Both the position numbers and the translations under genes were made by a program. A DNA stretch of 64,000 nucleotides from Nitrososphaerota archaeon (GTDB lineage: Archaea; Thermoproteota; Nitrososphaeria; Nitrososphaerales; Gagatemarchaeaceae), in the NCBI GenBank assembly GCA_029785375.1, contig JAFLZV010000001.1, positions 12,320-76,319 on the forward strand. Reading direction: 5' to 3'. Each line of letters begins with the position of its first letter. Within the stretch, counting starts at the first letter, position 1. Under the pieces are notes generated by a model. It had not been told where the DNA came from and made no database searches. It saw only the letters and a list, made by a program, of their open reading frames with translations. Positions 62,618-64,000 of the stretch are shown one piece after another.

Positions 62618-64000
62618 TTGAGGAACGCCGAGGTTGCCGACGTCCTGGACAGCCTGGGAGACGTGGCGGAAACCAACGGGGAAGACAGGTTCAAGGTGAT
62701 CGCATATCATAGGGCGGCCACCAGCATCAGGAATCTGAACGAAGACGTTGAAGCGCTCTGGAATAGGAAGCAGCTGGAAGACGTCAGGTACGTGGGCGCA
62801 GGCATAGCCCGGAAGATTGACGAGTATCTCAGGACGGGGAGGCTCGAACTCCTGGAGAGGATGAAGGCGAAGACGCCTCCAGGCGTGCCGAAACTCATGA
62901 GTGTCCAGGGGATAGGGCCTAGGACGGCCTACCGTCTTTCCCACGACCTAGGGATTTCGAGCGTCGAGGACCTGAAGTCAGCGCTGGAGTCAGGAAGGCT
63001 AGACCCTGAGTTCGGCCCCACCGTCAGGGAGGCGTTCCGGATGGGAATCGAGAAGCTAGCCAGTTTCGAAAAGCGGATGCTAGTCCCGGAGGCGGAGGCT
63101 GAGTTCCAGAAGCTGGCGTCCTACTTCGCTGCCCTGGGCATCGAGGTTAGGATGGCGGGCAGCCTGCGGCGCGGAAAGGACACCGTCGGAGACATCGACC
63201 TCCTCTCCACTGACCCGAGATTCATCGACGCCATCTCCAGGTGCCCCGGCGTAGCCCAGGTCCTGGAGAGAGGCCCCAGGAGGGCGAGCGTGAAGCTTGA
63301 GAACGGAGTGCAGGTAGACGCCAGGGCGTTCGCACCCGAAGAGTGCGGAGCCGCGCTGGTGTACTTCACGGGCTCGAAAGACCACAACATAGCACTGAGG
63401 AACCTGGCAATCGAGAAGGGGTGGAAGCTCAACGAATACGGCCTCTTCAGGAAAGACGGAGAGAGGATCGCGGGAGAGAGCGAAGAGGGAATCTATCACG
63501 AACTCGGCATGCAGTACATACCCCCTGAACTGAGGGAGAACAGAGGTGAGGTGGCTGCATCGCTCAGTGGCAAGCTCCCCGACCTCATCTCCTTCGACGA
63601 CATCAAAGGGGATTTGCAGATGCACTCGACCTGGAGCGACGGGACCGCTGAGATGGACCTGATGGCAGAGGCGGCCAAGGCGCGAGGACATGAGTACATC
63701 GCGTTCACCGACCACTCGGTGTCCGTGAGGGTGGCCCACGGTCTTTCCGAAGAGCGGTTCAGGCGGCAATGGAAGGAGATCGACAGGCTGAACGAAGAGC
63801 TGGCGCCGTTCAGGATACTGAAGGGGGTCGAAGTGGAGATCAAGAGCGACGGGTCGCTCGACTTCGACGAGGGCTTCCTCGACGAGTTCGACATCGTCGG
63901 AGCCTCTCTTCACCAGAGTTTCAGGCAGAGCCCCGAGAAGCTGACTGAAAGGGCGCTCAGCGCGCTCGCCCACCCCTCAGTGAACTTCCTGTGCCACCCA
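62618..64000 (+). CDS. polX: Family X DNA polymerase with PHP domain (partial; runs off the window)
   Basis: Absent from the ORF track, presumably because it has no stop in the window. Hand translation from TTG 62618: LRNAEVADVLDSLGDVAETNGEDRFKVIAYHRAA..., GSLRRGKDTVGDIDLL, YFTGSKDHNIALR, then PHP motifs DLQMHSTWSDG, AFTDHS. Confidence 0.85.
   Translation, partial: MRNAEVADVLDSLGDVAETNGEDRFKVIAYHRAATSIRNLNEDVEALWNRKQLEDVRYVGAGIARKIDEYLRTGRLELLERMKAKTPPGVPKLMSVQGIGPRTAYRLSHDLGISSVEDLKSALESGRLDPEFGPTVREAFRMGIEKLASFEKRMLVPEAEAEFQKLASYFAALGIEVRMAGSLRRGKDTVGDIDLLSTDPRFIDAISRCPGVAQVLERGPRRASVKLENGVQVDARAFAPEECGAALVYFTGSKDHNIALRNLAIEKGWKLNEYGLFRKDGERIAGESEEGIYHELGMQYIPPELRENRGEVAASLSGKLPDLISFDDIKGDLQMHSTWSDGTAEMDLMAEAAKARGHEYIAFTDHSVSVRVAHGLSEERFRRQWKEIDRLNEELAPFRILKGVEVEIKSDGSLDFDEGFLDEFDIVGASLHQSFRQSPEKLTERALSALAHPSVNFLCHP

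Overview
G+C-rich archaeal chromosomal window. Core genes: the exosome superoperon (rrp4-rrp41-rrp42-L37Ae-Pcc1-like-prefoldin beta), aEF-2, thermosome, nuoABCD, citrate synthase, short-form XPF, an ESCRT-III/CdvB-like protein, PolX, and an intron-containing tRNA-Arg(CCU). The ESCRT-III protein, short XPF and multi-intron tRNA suggest a TACK-type lineage, but no taxon can be assigned from this window. Most of the window is housekeeping or metabolic: idi, two riboflavin kinase paralogs with an ECF transporter, M1 aminopeptidase, arginase, GGT, proline dehydrogenase, MFS and ABC transporters. Three segments look accessory. (1) 15.8-20.0 kb: an IS with 9-bp target duplication, a MITE-like element, a frameshifted DNA methyltransferase-Mrr fusion and a free-standing LAGLIDADG protein, all visibly AT-richer by eye. 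(2) 20.5-26.1 kb: a translationally coupled operon encoding a P-loop-dead HerA-like protein with a wHTH, a RecA-like ATPase, a membrane protein and a wHTH protein, convergent with an active HerA-like ATPase. (3) 36.4-42.3 kb: a stand-alone HerA plus oversized NurA pair, followed by small hypothetical genes. The strongest finding is in aEF-2. A 32-nt insert sits inside the invariant P-loop Lys codon. It folds as a canonical bulge-helix-bulge motif whose predicted cleavage sites coincide exactly with the junctions needed to restore GKTT and the reading frame, so it is a candidate spliceosome-independent mRNA intron in an essential translation factor. No computations or database searches were possible; all calls rest on reading the ORF translations and the DNA by eye.
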